Of a stretch of DNA of 64,000 nucleotides, positions 48,812 through 61,089 are shown one piece after another (positions within the stretch are counted from its first letter, which is position 1; each line of letters begins with the position of its first letter). The stretch spans positions 4,092,001 through 4,156,000 of the forward strand of contig NC_086097.1 of assembly GCF_963921235.1 (NCBI RefSeq). The letters run 5' to 3'. Below the pieces are notes generated by a model, which was not told the origin of the DNA, did not search any database, and saw only the letters and a list, made by a program, of their open reading frames with translations. This DNA comes from Mobula hypostoma. Its lineage: Eukaryota. The translations under genes and the position numbers were made by a program.

Positions 48812-51800
48812 GTTGTGCATGCAGCCTGTTACCGTTGCTCCATACTTTCTTACTTTTAAACTTCTTAACTTAGTTATTTGTCGTATTTTTTTCTCACGCT
48901 AACACGTCAAAACTGCACCCTCTCTAACGTGCTGGTGGAGAGAGTTTTACTTGTTTTTTTAGCGCTGGAAATAGTTACGTTTGGGCACGTCTCGTTAGCG
49001 TGGCAGCAGGATGGCCGCACTGTTTACTCCAGGGACCAGCTGATTGCGCTCATGCCCGCCGGTTCAGCGAACAGAGCAGCGGACATCCCGGCTGAAATCT
49101 GGAGGAAAACACACAGAGGATGCAGAGGGGGATCAAAAAGGCATGGGAAGAGGACCAGGTCGAGACAACAGAGGCTTATGGAGAAGAGAAGTTATAAACC
49201 GTGTCTCCCCTCTCTCATCATGGGAAATGTGAGGTCGCTGGGGAATAAAATGGACGAACTGATGGTGCTTGTCAGGACTCAGAGAACATTTTGGGGGAGC
49301 AATGTCATGTGCTTTACTGAGACGTGGCTGCACGAGGACATACCCAATCAAAGCGTTTCCATAGAGGGCTTCCAGACCGTTCGAGCTGACCGGAATTGCA
49401 CTGAGAGCGGTAAGCGCAAAGGAGGGGGGCTTGCGGTTCTGAAACAACAGATGGTGCAATCCTGGGCATATTACGATCAAGGAACGTGTTTGTAGCCCGG
49501 ATATTGAACTTTTTGCTGTTGGACTCCGGCCATATTATTTGCCAAGGGAAATCTCGCATGCAATTGTGGTTGTTGTGTACATTCCTCCCTCTGCCAACCC
49601 GATGTCGATGTGTAACATCATTTGCACCATCATAGCCAGATTACAAACCCAGCACCCGTGTGCCCTCATGACCATCTCGGGTGACTTCAACCAGGTTACC
49701 ATGGCTAGAACACTGCCTAACTTCACGCAGTATGTGAGCTGTACAACCAGAGGGGAGAGGGCTCTAGATTTGATGTACGCTAACGTTAAGGATGCATACA
49801 GCTCCTCTCGCCTCCCCCCATTGGAAAGGTCAGATCACAACCTGGTGCATCTAAAACCCTGCTACGTGCCTCTGGTGAAGAGTAAACCTGCAACCTCGAG
49901 GACAGTGAGAAAATGGTTGGAGGAGGCTTATGAGGTGCTTCAGGGTTGTTTTGAGGTGACAGACTGGCAGGCACTCTGTGAGCCACATGGAGAGGATATT
50001 GATGGGCTCACAGAGTGCATCACTGATTACATCAACTTCTGTGTGGACTGCAATGTTCCGACAAGAACTGTCCTTTGTTATTCAAATAACAAGCCATGGG
50101 TGACAAAGGACATTAAGGACATCCTGAACGCTAAAAAGAGGGCGTTTAGAGATGGAAATAGGAAGGAGCTGAGGGCAATACAGAGGGACCTGAAAGCCAG
50201 GATCAGGGAGGCTAAAGACAGGTACAGGAGGAAGCTTGAGTGGAAACTCCAGCAGAACAACATGAGAGAGGTCTGGAGGGGGATGAGGACCATCACTGGG
50301 TTCCGGCAAACTAGCAACAGAGGAGCTGAAGGCAGTGTGGACAGGGCCAATGAACTTAACCTGTTCTTTAACAGATTTGACATTGTGGCCCCTGCCCATC
50401 CCCCACATGATTCATCTGCTGTCGGCCCCCAACCAACACATATTCCACTCTCCCCTCCTACCCCTCCTCACAGTGCCCCACCCTGCTCTTATGACTATAC
50501 CCCTTCCCCACACGAAACCACCATGGTGGGCTTCACAGCTGAACAAGTGAGAAGACAGCTGAAACGTCTCAACCCAAGCAAGGCTGCGGGGCCGGCTGGT
50601 GTCAGTACCAAGGTGCTCAAAGCCTGTGCCCCTCAGCTATGTGGAGTACTTTGCCATGTATTCAACCTGAGCCTGAGGCTCCGGAGAGTTCCTGTACTGT
50701 GGAAGACGTCCTGCCTCGTCCCTGTGCCGAAGACGCAGCGTCCCAGCGGCCTCAATGACTACAGACTGGTGGCATTGACCTCCCACATCATGAAGACCCT
50801 GGAGAGACTTGTTCTGGAGCTGCTCCGGCCTATGGTCAGGCCACACTTAGATCCCCTCCAGTTCGCCTACCAGCCCCGACTAGAATTTGAGGATGCCATC
50901 GTCTACCTGCTGAACCGTATCTACGCCCACCTGGACAAGCCAGCGAGCACTGTGAGAGTCATGCTTTTTGACTTCTCCAGCGCGTTCAACACCATCCGCC
51001 CTGCTGTGCTGGGGGAGAAGCTGACAGCGATGCAGGTGGACGCTTCCCTGGTGTCATGGATTCTTGATTACCTGACTGGCAGACCACAGTACGTGTGCTT
51101 GCAACACTGTGTGTCCGACAGATTGATCAGCAGCACTGGGGCTCCACAGGGGACTGTCTTGTCTCCCTTTCTCTTCACCATTTACACCTCAGACTTCAAC
51201 AACTGCACAGAGTCTTCAGAAGTTTTCGGATGACTCTGCCATAGTTGGATGTATCAGCAAGGGAGATGAGGCTGAGTACCTGGCTACGGTAGGAAACTTT
51301 GTCACATGGTGTGAGCAGAATTGTCTGCAGCTTAATGTGAAAAAGACTAAGGAGCTGGTGGTAGACCTGAGGAGAGCTAAGGTACCGGTGACCCCTCTTT
51401 CCATCCAGGGGGTCAGTGTGGACATGGTGGAGGATTACAAATACCTGGGGATACTAATTGACAATAAACTGGACTGGTCAAAGAACACTGGGCTGTCTAC
51501 AAGAAGGGTCAGAGCCGTCTCTATTTCCTGAGGAGACTGAGGTCCTTTAACATCTGCCAGACGATGCTGAGGATGTTCTACGAGTCTGTAATGGTCACTG
51601 CTATCTTGTTTGCTGTTGTGTGCTGGGGCAGCAGGCTGAGGGTAGCAGACACCAACAGAATCAACAAACTCATTCGTAAGACCAGTGATGTTGTGGGGAT
51701 GGAACTGGACTCTCTCACGGTGGTGTCTGAAAAGAGGATGCTGTCCAAGTTGCATGCCATCTTGGACAATGTCTCCCATCCACTACATAATGTACTGGTT

Positions 51801-52083
51801 GGGCACAGGAGTACATTCAGCCAGAGACTCATTCCACCGAGATGCAACACAGAGCGTCATAGGAAGTCATTCCTGCCTGTGGCCATCAAACTTTACAACT
51901 CCTCCCTTGGAGGGTCAGACACCCTGAGCCAATAGGCTGGTCCTGGACTTAGTTCATAATTTACTGGCATAATTTACATATGACTGTTTAACTATTTATG
52001 GTTTTATTACTATTTATTATTTATGGTGCAACTGTAATGAAAACCAATTTCCCCCGGGATCAATAAGGTATGACTATGACTAT
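48812..52083 (+). mobile_element. Near full-length Rex1/Babar LINE (APE + RT), few frameshifts
   Basis: [40 protein letters not shown]; (TATGAC)n tail at ~52070-52083. Confidence 0.92.
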
Positions 52084-52584
52084 TTAATGAAGTCAGTAAT
52101 GACTGCAGCATATTTACGCAGGTTTGAAGATGAATTCCTGAATACAGTCCAGTCCACTGATTCAAAGCAGTCCTGTAGGCGCTCCTGTGCTTCCCTTGTC
52201 CATACCTTCTTGGTCCTCACTACTGGTGTTGCAGTCTTCAGTCTCTGCCTATACTCAGGGAGTAGAAGTGCTGCCAGGTGATCAGACTTCCCGAAGTGAG
52301 GGCGTGGAATGGTACCGTAGGCATTCTTGATGGTGATGTAGCAATGGTCCAGTGTGTTGTTTCCTCTGGTATTGCAAGTGATCTGTTGATAGGGTCCACA
52401 AGTGAATTGTGTACAGCTGAATGACAATGAACTTCAACTTGAATTTGCTAGCAAATAAAAAGATAATTTGTACCTCTGCTCACTTGACACATTTTCCATT
52501 TTATCAGTTTGTTTTGGCTATGAACTGTGCTTTTAATGGAATGTTACTTCCCGTGAACTGATGAAGCTCTCTTTATCATTCTCA

Positions 52585-54340
52585 ATCGCCCAGTGGTACT
52601 TACATCCACAGTGATGAAGTGTTTTGAGAGGTTGGGATTGAAGCATATCAGCTTCTGTCTGAACAGTGACTTGGATCCACTCCAATTTGCCTACTGAAGT
52701 AACAGATCTACAGTAGATGCCATCTTGTTGGCTCTTTACTCAACCCTGGAACATCTGGACAGCTAAGATGCAGATATCAGTATGCTCTTTATCGATTACA
52801 CTTAAACACTTAACACCATTATCCCCTCAAAACTAATCAGTGAACTCCAAGCCCTGGGTCTCAATACACCTTTGTGCAATCGGATCCTGGATTTCCTCAC
52901 TCCAGATTGGCAAAAACATCTCCTCCACAATCTCCATCAGCACAGGAGCACCACAGGGATGTGTACTTAGCACCCTGCTCTACTCGCTTTACACCTGTGG
53001 CTATGTGGCTAAGTACAGCTCCAACACCATATACAAGTTTGCTGATGATATCACTGTTATGGTGTGATGAATCAGCTGAGTGGTGTAATAACAACAACCT
53101 CTCACTCAATGTCAACAAGACTAAGGAAATGATTATAGACTTCAGGAAAAGTAAATTAGAGGTCCATAAGCCAGTAATCACCAGAGAATCAGAGGTGGAT
53201 AGGGTAAGTAACTTTAAATTCCTGGGTGTCACTATCTCAGAGGATCTGTCCTGAACCTGTCATATAACTTTTATTGTGAAGAAAGCACGACAGTGCCTCT
53301 GTTTCCTCATGAGTCTGCGGAGATTAGGCATGTTAATGAAACCCTTGGCAAACTTCTATAGATGTGTGGTGGAAAGTTACTGCTCTATAAATTTGCTAAG
53401 TATGCCCACAGAAAATGAATCTCAGTGTTGTATGTAGTGACATGTGTGTACACTGATTATAAATTTTGCTTTGAACTTTGAACTTCATGGTTTTGGGCAT
53501 CTCACCTTAGAATTTGACATTTCTGTCCGGTATATTCTCAATCTGTAACTTTGAAGTGAAATTAGGAATGAATGGAAACTCTTCTGCTGTTTTCTACTTG
53601 TAGGTGGTTGGCTTTGGCACTACTGGAGAAGTAGGAGAAGGTTGACTTTATCATGTTTATCCTTTCTGCTACCTTGCAGTCGATTTTCACAAGTTGATTG
53701 TTTTACAGCTGCAGCTTCTTTCTGCTTTGCACTTAAGAAGAAAGAAGCAGATAATTTAGACTTTCAAAAGTCATTTCATACAAGGTACAACAGCGCCTGT
53801 TTCACCTCAGATGGTTGAAGAAGTTTGGTGTGGGCGCTCAAATCCTAAGAACTTTCTACAGGGACACAATTGAGAGCATCCTGACTGGCTGCATCACTGC
53901 CTGGTCTGGGAACTGTACCTCTCTCAATCGCAGGACTCTGCAGGGAGTGGTGCAGACAACCCAGCGCATCTGTAGATGTGAACTTCCCACTATTCAGGAC
54001 TTTTACAAAGACAGGTGTGTAAAAGGGGCCCGAAGGATCACTGGGGACCCGAGTCACCCAACCACAGACTGTTCCAGCTGATACCATCCAGGAAACGGTA
54101 CCGCAGCATAAAAGCCAGGACCAACAGGCTCCAGGACAGCTTCTTCCACCAGGCCATCAGACTGCTTAGTTCATGCTGACACAACTGTACTTCTATGTTA
54201 TATTGACTATCCTGTTGTACATACTAATTATTATAAATTACCATAAATTGCACATTACACATTTAGACGGAGACATAACGTAAAGATTTTTTACTCCTCG
54301 TGTATAGGAAGGATGTAAGTAGTAAAGTCAATTCAATTCC
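52585..54340 (+). mobile_element. Rex1-type fragments (~52585-53485 and ~53785-54340)
   Basis: [32 protein letters not shown]; simple-repeat tails. Confidence 0.75.
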
Positions 54341-57190
54341 ATAGATTCACCACCTTCTAGCCAAGCTGTCTAGCTGTTAATGGTATTGCTATGAGACACC
54401 TGGGACCAAATGCCAGTTTGAACAAATGTGTAAACAGCATTCCTGACAAAAAGAGATGTGTCCTTTGCTTCGCTTTTCTCCTTCTCCCGTGGAGGGTCAG
54501 ACATCCTGAGCCAATAGACTGGTCCTGCACTTACTTTCCATCTGGCATAGTTTGCATTTTGTTGTTTGATTGTTGGGGTTTTTGTATTGCTATATTTACG
54601 CTCTATTCTTGGTTGGTGCGGCTGTAACAAAACCAAATTTCCCTCGGGATTAATAAAGTATATCTATCTATCTATCTATTCTGTCCTTGGATTCAAATTG
54701 TACAGTTATTTCAGTCTAAATCCATGAGCCCTAGTCACTACAGCTACATTAACGATTGTTTTTAATGTTTATAATTACTTCTTTAATCTGTTATTCAAGC
54801 TTGAGTTCGTTTAATTGTCATTTAACCATACATGGATGTCCATAGATACAGCCAAACAAAACAGTGTTAGTCTGGGGGCCAAGGTGCGAAAGTTTTACAC
54901 AGCATGAAACATATATAGCATATATAATTACATTAGAAGTAAACATATAGTCACAAAAAAATAATAACATGGCCCAAGTCCCTGAACGTCATGTTCTGTA
55001 AATTGATGGGGCGTGGGATGTTTGACAGCAAGAACAAGCCCAAGGCAGTCCGATCATCACGCACTAGTGCAGCCAGAGCCGAATACGAACCAGCTTGTCT
55101 TCCACTGAGCGAACAATGGAGAGCATCACTGATGGGAGAAGCCAGCCCCATCCCAGCTTGGATGCTTGCCTCGCCATACTGCGTCTGGCATCACCTATCA
55201 CCTGCCCTGGGTGGCTGCAACAGGCGCCCTCCTACACCAGGGCCTGGTCTGTGCTACAATAGTTTGAATGCTCCTACTACTTGCCAAATTAGAATATTGC
55301 TATGAAGTTATTTTTCTGCTAAGCCAACAGGAGCATTGAAGTTTATTGTTTGAACATAGTACAAAATGAACACACAGCATTCTAGTCAGAATACCCTCTT
55401 GAACTTATTCCATTTGTCTCAATCTAAATGCTGCACATCACCTTATACGTGAATAATTGCATTACCATTGATTAATGTTTTTATTGTGCAGAGTTTCTGT
55501 GATTATAGAATTACTTTAGTACATCAACCAAGTTAATAGCAATTAAAACACGTTACATTTTACAATATGAGATGACACTTACATAGGTTCATATGCTACG
55601 TGCAGAAGTTCCATGTTCTCAGGGATGGCAAGCATGCTGTTATGCATAAAGTAATTTGAGACACAGAAAGTCCTGATTGAAAATAACCCCTTCTATTGTT
55701 GACATGTACAGTGTAAATAAAGCAGATTATTATCATAAGCTCCTGACTCTCTTTGATTGACAGACAAATAATAACTTGCATTCTTATGGCAGATTTTAAC
55801 AGAGAAACATTATCAATCAGATTGTGTCAACAAATCCCCTAAGGAGATGTGTGTGTGAACATTACTCCTGTTTCTGTTTCTTGTGTGGGCACTTTGGTCT
55901 CATTCCTGCCGTGCCCAGTTAATGCCTGTGTATGTCGAGGGAAATTAGTAAAAGCAAAAACAGAAAACTTTTCCATTGTGTCTCCTGATTGATGAACAAA
56001 TCATAACAATTGGTTATGTGGTAACTACATAGAAGTCTGTTGCTGTATTTCACATGGCATTTCAAAAACTAAGGATTCATCTGTTAGCAATCAATATCAT
56101 TTTGCATGAAATTATAATTTGATTTTAATGCTAAATCACATTCTTTTGGGAAATGAAGCTGTGCAAGTGATTGAAGCGTCAGTGAGAGAGCACTTTTGGA
56201 CTAGTGACCATAATTCATACTTTTAAAATAGTAATGAAAAAATACTCCACCAGATCAAGTTTTAAGTTTAATTGTCATTCAGCCATACACATGAATACAG
56301 CCAAACAAGACATTGTTCCTGAGGGGCCAAGGTGCAAAACACAGTTCTATCAGTCACACACAGTACAAGGTGGCTGTAAAACATACAGCCATAAAAATAA
56401 TAATTAATATAGCCTGAGTCCCTGATGTCATGGCCTGTAGATTAATAGTGCATGGAATGATTGTCCTGGAGCCAAGTTTCTGCAAGATCAAGCATGTATA
56501 GTAGTTCTTCATCGCGCATTGTGTAGCTGTAGATGATCATAATCCGACTTGTTTTCCTCTGAACAAACAATGGAGGGCAGTACTGAATGGAGGGGCCAAC
56601 CTTTAACCCAGCCGCACTGCACCGCCTCTGATGTCTCCTCCCCTGTGGGGGGTGGGGCTGCCACAGATAACCTTGCAGCATGAGGGCCTGTTCCACTCTA
56701 CAACTGAGGCCAGGCAGCTCCCCCGCCATCGGCCCGCTAACGAGCCAATGGACTTACAGTATTCTACATTGCCACACATTGAAGTTCTAAATTGGGGGAA
56801 GGCTGGTTTTGATGCTATTAGACTATCAGGAGATAAAAAAGCAAGTTAGAGGTTTTTAAAAGTGAGATAGGGCAAGTACAGGGTTAACATGTTTGTGTTA
56901 AAGTTAAAGGCAAGGTTGACAGAATTAGGGAACCCTTACTGATGAGAGGTATTAAGGCTCTGATCAGGAAAAGGAAGGAGCCATATGTCAAGTGGATCCT
57001 ACTGGGAAGAAGTAAATCCCTTGAGGAAGGGAGTATACCATTAGGGAGTGCAAGTAAGAAGTATTAGGGGAAGTAAGGGGCCAGGAGATATCCTTGACAG
57101 ATTAGTTTTACGGAGAATGTTATGTAAGTCTATTGGTATATATAAGAGCAAAAGAGTAACTAGTGAGAAAATAGGTCCCCTTAAAGATTA

Positions 57191-57402
57191 CATCAAAGTT
57201 GCTGGTGAATGCAGCAGGCCAGGCAGCATCTCTAGGAAGAGGTGCAGTTGACGTTTCAGGCCGACGAAGTCCTGACGAAGGGTCTTGGCCTGAAACGTCG
57301 ACTGCACCTCTTCCTAGAGATGCTGCCTGGCCTGCTGCATTCACCAGCAACTTTGATGTGTGTTGCTTGAATTTCCAGCATCTGCAGAATTCCTGTTATT
57401 TG
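57191..57402. mobile_element. Inverted pair of Penelope terminal repeats with 14-bp TSD
   Basis: TSD CCCCTTAAAGATTA at 57177-57190 and 57403-57416; sense hammerhead motif at 57268-57304; inserted in a decayed CR1. Confidence 0.9.
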
Positions 57403-58193
57403 CCCCTTAAAGATTAGCTGTCATTTATGTGTGAGGCTACAGTAGATGTGTAAGGTTTTAAATTAATACTTCTCGTTTTTACTTAGGATGGAAAAGATCA
57501 TGGTAGCTAAGTGATTGAGATAAAATGCAATAAAGGTTAACCAGAGTGATTCCTACGATGGGGGAATTATTCAGATTGGAAAAAATTAAGCAGGCAGTCT
57601 GTGAACGAGAGGGTATGGCAGGGTAGATCTTTCCCCCACCCCCTGCAATTACTGTGTCTAGAACAAGTGGTTAAAATGAAGAGGTGCTCTTTCAAGAGTG
57701 AATTTCATAACCCAGAGCATAGGGCATCTTTGGAATGATCTAGTCACAAGGACTGGGGTAAATTCAAGACTGTGATTAATAGATTTTTGCATATTAGAAT
57801 TACTGTTCCCACAACCTTTAGACTCACTTTTAAGGAATCTTCATCTCATATTCTCAATATTTATTGTTTATTTATTTATTATTATTATTGTTGTTATTTT
57901 TATTATTCTCTTTTGTACGTGCAGTTTGTTGTCATTTGCATATTGGTTGTTTATCTGTCCCGTTGGGTGCAGTCTTTCATTGATTCTATCGTTTCCTGGA
58001 TTTACTGAGTATGCCCAGCGGAAAATGAATTTCAGGGTTTTATATGGTGTCAGATATGTACTTTGATAATTAATTTACTTTGAACTTTGTGTATAGAAAA
58101 GTGATGCTGAAGAATATTTCCTCTCATTTTTTATTTTCTGCTGTCTGTCTCATTCTGTTTGAAGGAGTAAGTTTAATTGTTTTTTTTTTGCAG

Positions 58194-58296
58194 TTCCGGT
58201 CAAGACGTTCAGCGAACCAGTGTGGTTGTTAATCTACCAAAGCTGATGCGACAGAATACTTCTGAGACTATTCGAAGAGTGGTGCCAAAAATTAGA
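58194..58296 (+). CDS. PPP4R4: Internal coding exon of protein phosphatase 4 regulatory subunit 4 (probably exon 3)
   Basis: Preceded by poly-T tract and TGCAG acceptor (AG 58192-58193), followed by GTAAGT donor. After one leftover base it reads SGQDVQRTSVVVNLPKLMRQNTSETIRRVVPKIR, matching recalled human PPP4R4 AGQDVQGTSVIANLPFLMRQNPTETLRRVLPKVR. Too short for the ORF track. Confidence 0.93.
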
Positions 58297-58664
58297 GTAA
58301 GTTGCACTAGTAACAGAGTGACAAGTTTTGGACAATTGAAAATATTATATCAGTAAATGGCATCATACTAATTTCAATTACCTTGCAAGGCCATGGTAGC
58401 AATATTCAAATGTCTGGTCCCACCACTATCCTGTATCAGAAAAGATTATGCTACATACTGTAGTATTAACATTGTAAATATTACAATTTCCAGGAGGTCA
58501 AAGAATTCTGTGGGCTGACATAGAGTATTTAATGACAGAATGGAAAAACACAAATTGCTTTTCGATACATTTGCCTTTGAAAAGTTCATCTGCTTTATTC
58601 TCTGAATTGTTTTGTTTTTAGTGTCCAGACTAACCTCTCTCAGTCATCACCCCTTTATTCCTGC

Positions 58665-59094
58665 AAACAACAGGAATTCTGCAGATGCTGGAAATTCAAG
58701 CAACACACATCAAAGTTGCTGGTGAATGCAGCAGGCCAGGCAGCATCTATAGGAAGAGGTACAGTCGACGTTTCGGGCCGAGACCCTTCGTCAGGACTAA
58801 TTGAAGGAAGAGTTAGTAAGAGATTAGAAAGTGGGAGGGGGAGGGGGAGATCCAAAATGATAGGAGAAGACAGGAGGGAGAGGGAATCACCTGTCCAGCT
58901 CTTGGCTCCATCCCTCCCCCTCCTGTCTTCTCCCATCATTTTGGATCTCCCCCTCCTCCTCCCACTTTCAAATCTCTTACTAGCTCTTCCTTCGGTTAGT
59001 CCTGATGAAGGGTCTCGGCCCGAAACATCGACTGTACCTCTTCCTAGAGATGCTGCCTGCCCTGCTGCGTTCACCAGCAACTTTGATGTGTGTT
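58665..59094. mobile_element. Inverted pair of Penelope terminal repeats with 16-bp TSD
   Basis: TSD ACCCCTTTA(T/A)TCCTGC at 58649-58664 and 59095-59110; inverted arms of about 180 bp. Confidence 0.9.
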
Positions 59095-60349
59095 ACCCCT
59101 TTAATCCTGCTGTGTTTTCAATATGAAAAATTTTACCTCACTTTACTCAGAGAATGTAGTGTTCTCTTGTACCTTGCAGTCACAATCGATGCTTGCGATA
59201 TTAGTGTGGGTGCTATTTGTGAGGTGCTGTAATATAACCATTTGTTACTCAATGTGTTCACTGCAGATGTGAGAGCTATACATAAAATCATAGCCAGTAC
59301 TTGTTATTATCCTGTGGCAATGATTAATTGCCCCATATTTATGAGAATTTCAGAAATCAACAGTATGTTTGGAATGCATACTATTTTAAAGTATGTTTAC
59401 CGTAATGGATCAGAAAGTTTGTCAGTCAAGCTGCCTTCAGAGTCTTCTCCTTTGTGAGATCAAGAGCATATATTTTCTATAAATGTGACTGTTCAAATTG
59501 TTATAAGATCATAAGACATAGGAGCAGCATTAGGCCATTCAGCCCATTGAGTCTGTTCTGCAATTCCATCATGGCTGATTTATTATCCCTCTTAACTCCA
59601 TCCTCCTATCTTCTCCCCAGTGACTTTATTGTCCTGGCTAATCAACCTCCACTTTAAATAGACCCAATGACTTGGCTTCCATAGCCATCTGTAGCAATGA
59701 ATTCTAAAGATGCACCACCCTTTGCCTAAAGACATTCCTCCTCAATCTCTGTTCTAAATGGATATGGCCTCAAAATGTGACTGATCGTGTTGTTAAAACT
59801 GATCTTTTGTTTATATAATCCACTATATTTGTTTAAAAAATCATCCATTAGGCATATTATTATAAATTTGATTGACACTAGTTACATTTATACATGAGCA
59901 ATTGCTTGGATTACATACTGCATCAAGTATTTATCAGGCATATTGCTAAGTGATTTAAATAATTCATTAATTCAGTTTACTAAACTAGTGCTTTCACTTT
60001 GAAAGTGGTAATTAATTAATTAATTAATTAATCCCATTCCGTTACTCTTTCTCTATCTCTTCTCAACATTTTCTTTTTGAATAAATATCCAGTTTCAGGC
60101 ATATTACTGTTAATATCTAAAAGTTTCGGGATGGTTTCTTTCTAGTCGTATCAGTTTCATAAGTAGATAGCTTTAAGTGCAAAGTACAGACAAGCAAATT
60201 CCTTTATTTCTAACCGAATATTTGAGGAAATGAATAATAATAACTTGACATTTTGAAATTGCATGAATCATATGGTAATTTCCAAAAATCAAATAAAAAC
60301 CTGCAAGTACTGTAAATCTAAAATAAGAACAGAAAATTCTGGAAAAAAA

Positions 60350-60515
60350 GAGAAAATCTGCAGATGTTGGAAATCAAAGCAACACACACAAAATGCTGGA
60401 ACAACTCAGCAGGTCAAGCAACATCTATGGAAATGCTGGAAAGGCTCAGCAGATAGAGCAAAACTGTGGAGAGAGAGATGGTTAATTTTGCATGTCCAGG
60501 AACTCTTCATCAAAT
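60350..60515 (-). mobile_element. Degenerate Penelope-type terminal repeat
   Basis: TCTGCAGATGTTGGAAATC...AACTCAGCAGGTCAAGCAACATCTATGG. Confidence 0.55.
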
Positions 60516-60559
60516 GTAGGAAAGGGAGAAGACAATTAGTTTTATTGTCTGTCTATCTA

Positions 60560-61088
60560 GCTACCAAATCTGATGCGGATGTTGGTGACCATGGTTTTCC
60601 ATATAGATCTATCCCTGGTTTTTTGGATGACTTCCATTTCCTCAATGTGTAGCCACCTGACTAGGCTTTTGATGTACATAAGCCGAGGTCTTCCTCAAGG
60701 TTTGCTCCCCTCAATCTTTCCAGAGAGTATGAGTTTTTCTAGTTCATCTTTCCGTATGATGTGTCCTAGGAATCTGAGTTGTCTTTCTCTTGTTGTTGGT
60801 ATGAGTGATCTAACTGCTTGGGCTCTTCTGAGAACTTCTTCATTTGATGTGTGTGTGGTCCATGATATTTTTAACATTCTCCTGTAGAACCATAATTCAG
60901 TTGCTTCTAGTCTCTTTTCCATTGCTGGGGAAATGGTCCAGCATTCACTTCCATAAGTCAGGATAGAATAAATGTAGCACTGCAGTATTCTGTTTTTAGT
61001 GTACATGCTCATCTTTCTGTCTGTTAATATGGTCTTCATTTTTTGGAAAGCTTCATTTGCTATTGCTCTTCTGTATTTGATATCTGTG
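60560..61088 (-). mobile_element. RTE-clade LINE 3' fragment
   Basis: LTYGSECWT, RRMLKISWT, RQLRFLGHI.RK, GKIEG. Confidence 0.9.
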
Positions 61089-61089
61089 T

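Larger units (their letters stand above)
44729..52395 (-). mobile_element. Rex1/Babar LINE in four pieces (44729-44865, 45530-47045, 48459-48811, 52084-52395)
   Basis: (TTCTGA)n tail; RT ORF 46062-46778; KAEGPDG; APE-end SDH in 52080-52427; pieces are collinear. Confidence 0.8.

Noticed and set aside
53585..53785. Possible extra exon (several pyrimidine-tract/AG acceptors)
   Set aside because: No translation resembling PPP4R4 or another protein I recognise, and no convincing donor.
58655..59126. Mirror-image ORFs (MLVNAAGQAAS...RPETST) on both strands
   Set aside because: Artefact of inverted non-coding Penelope repeats; the same peptides recur at 12.2, 19.5, 28.4 and 57.2 kb.
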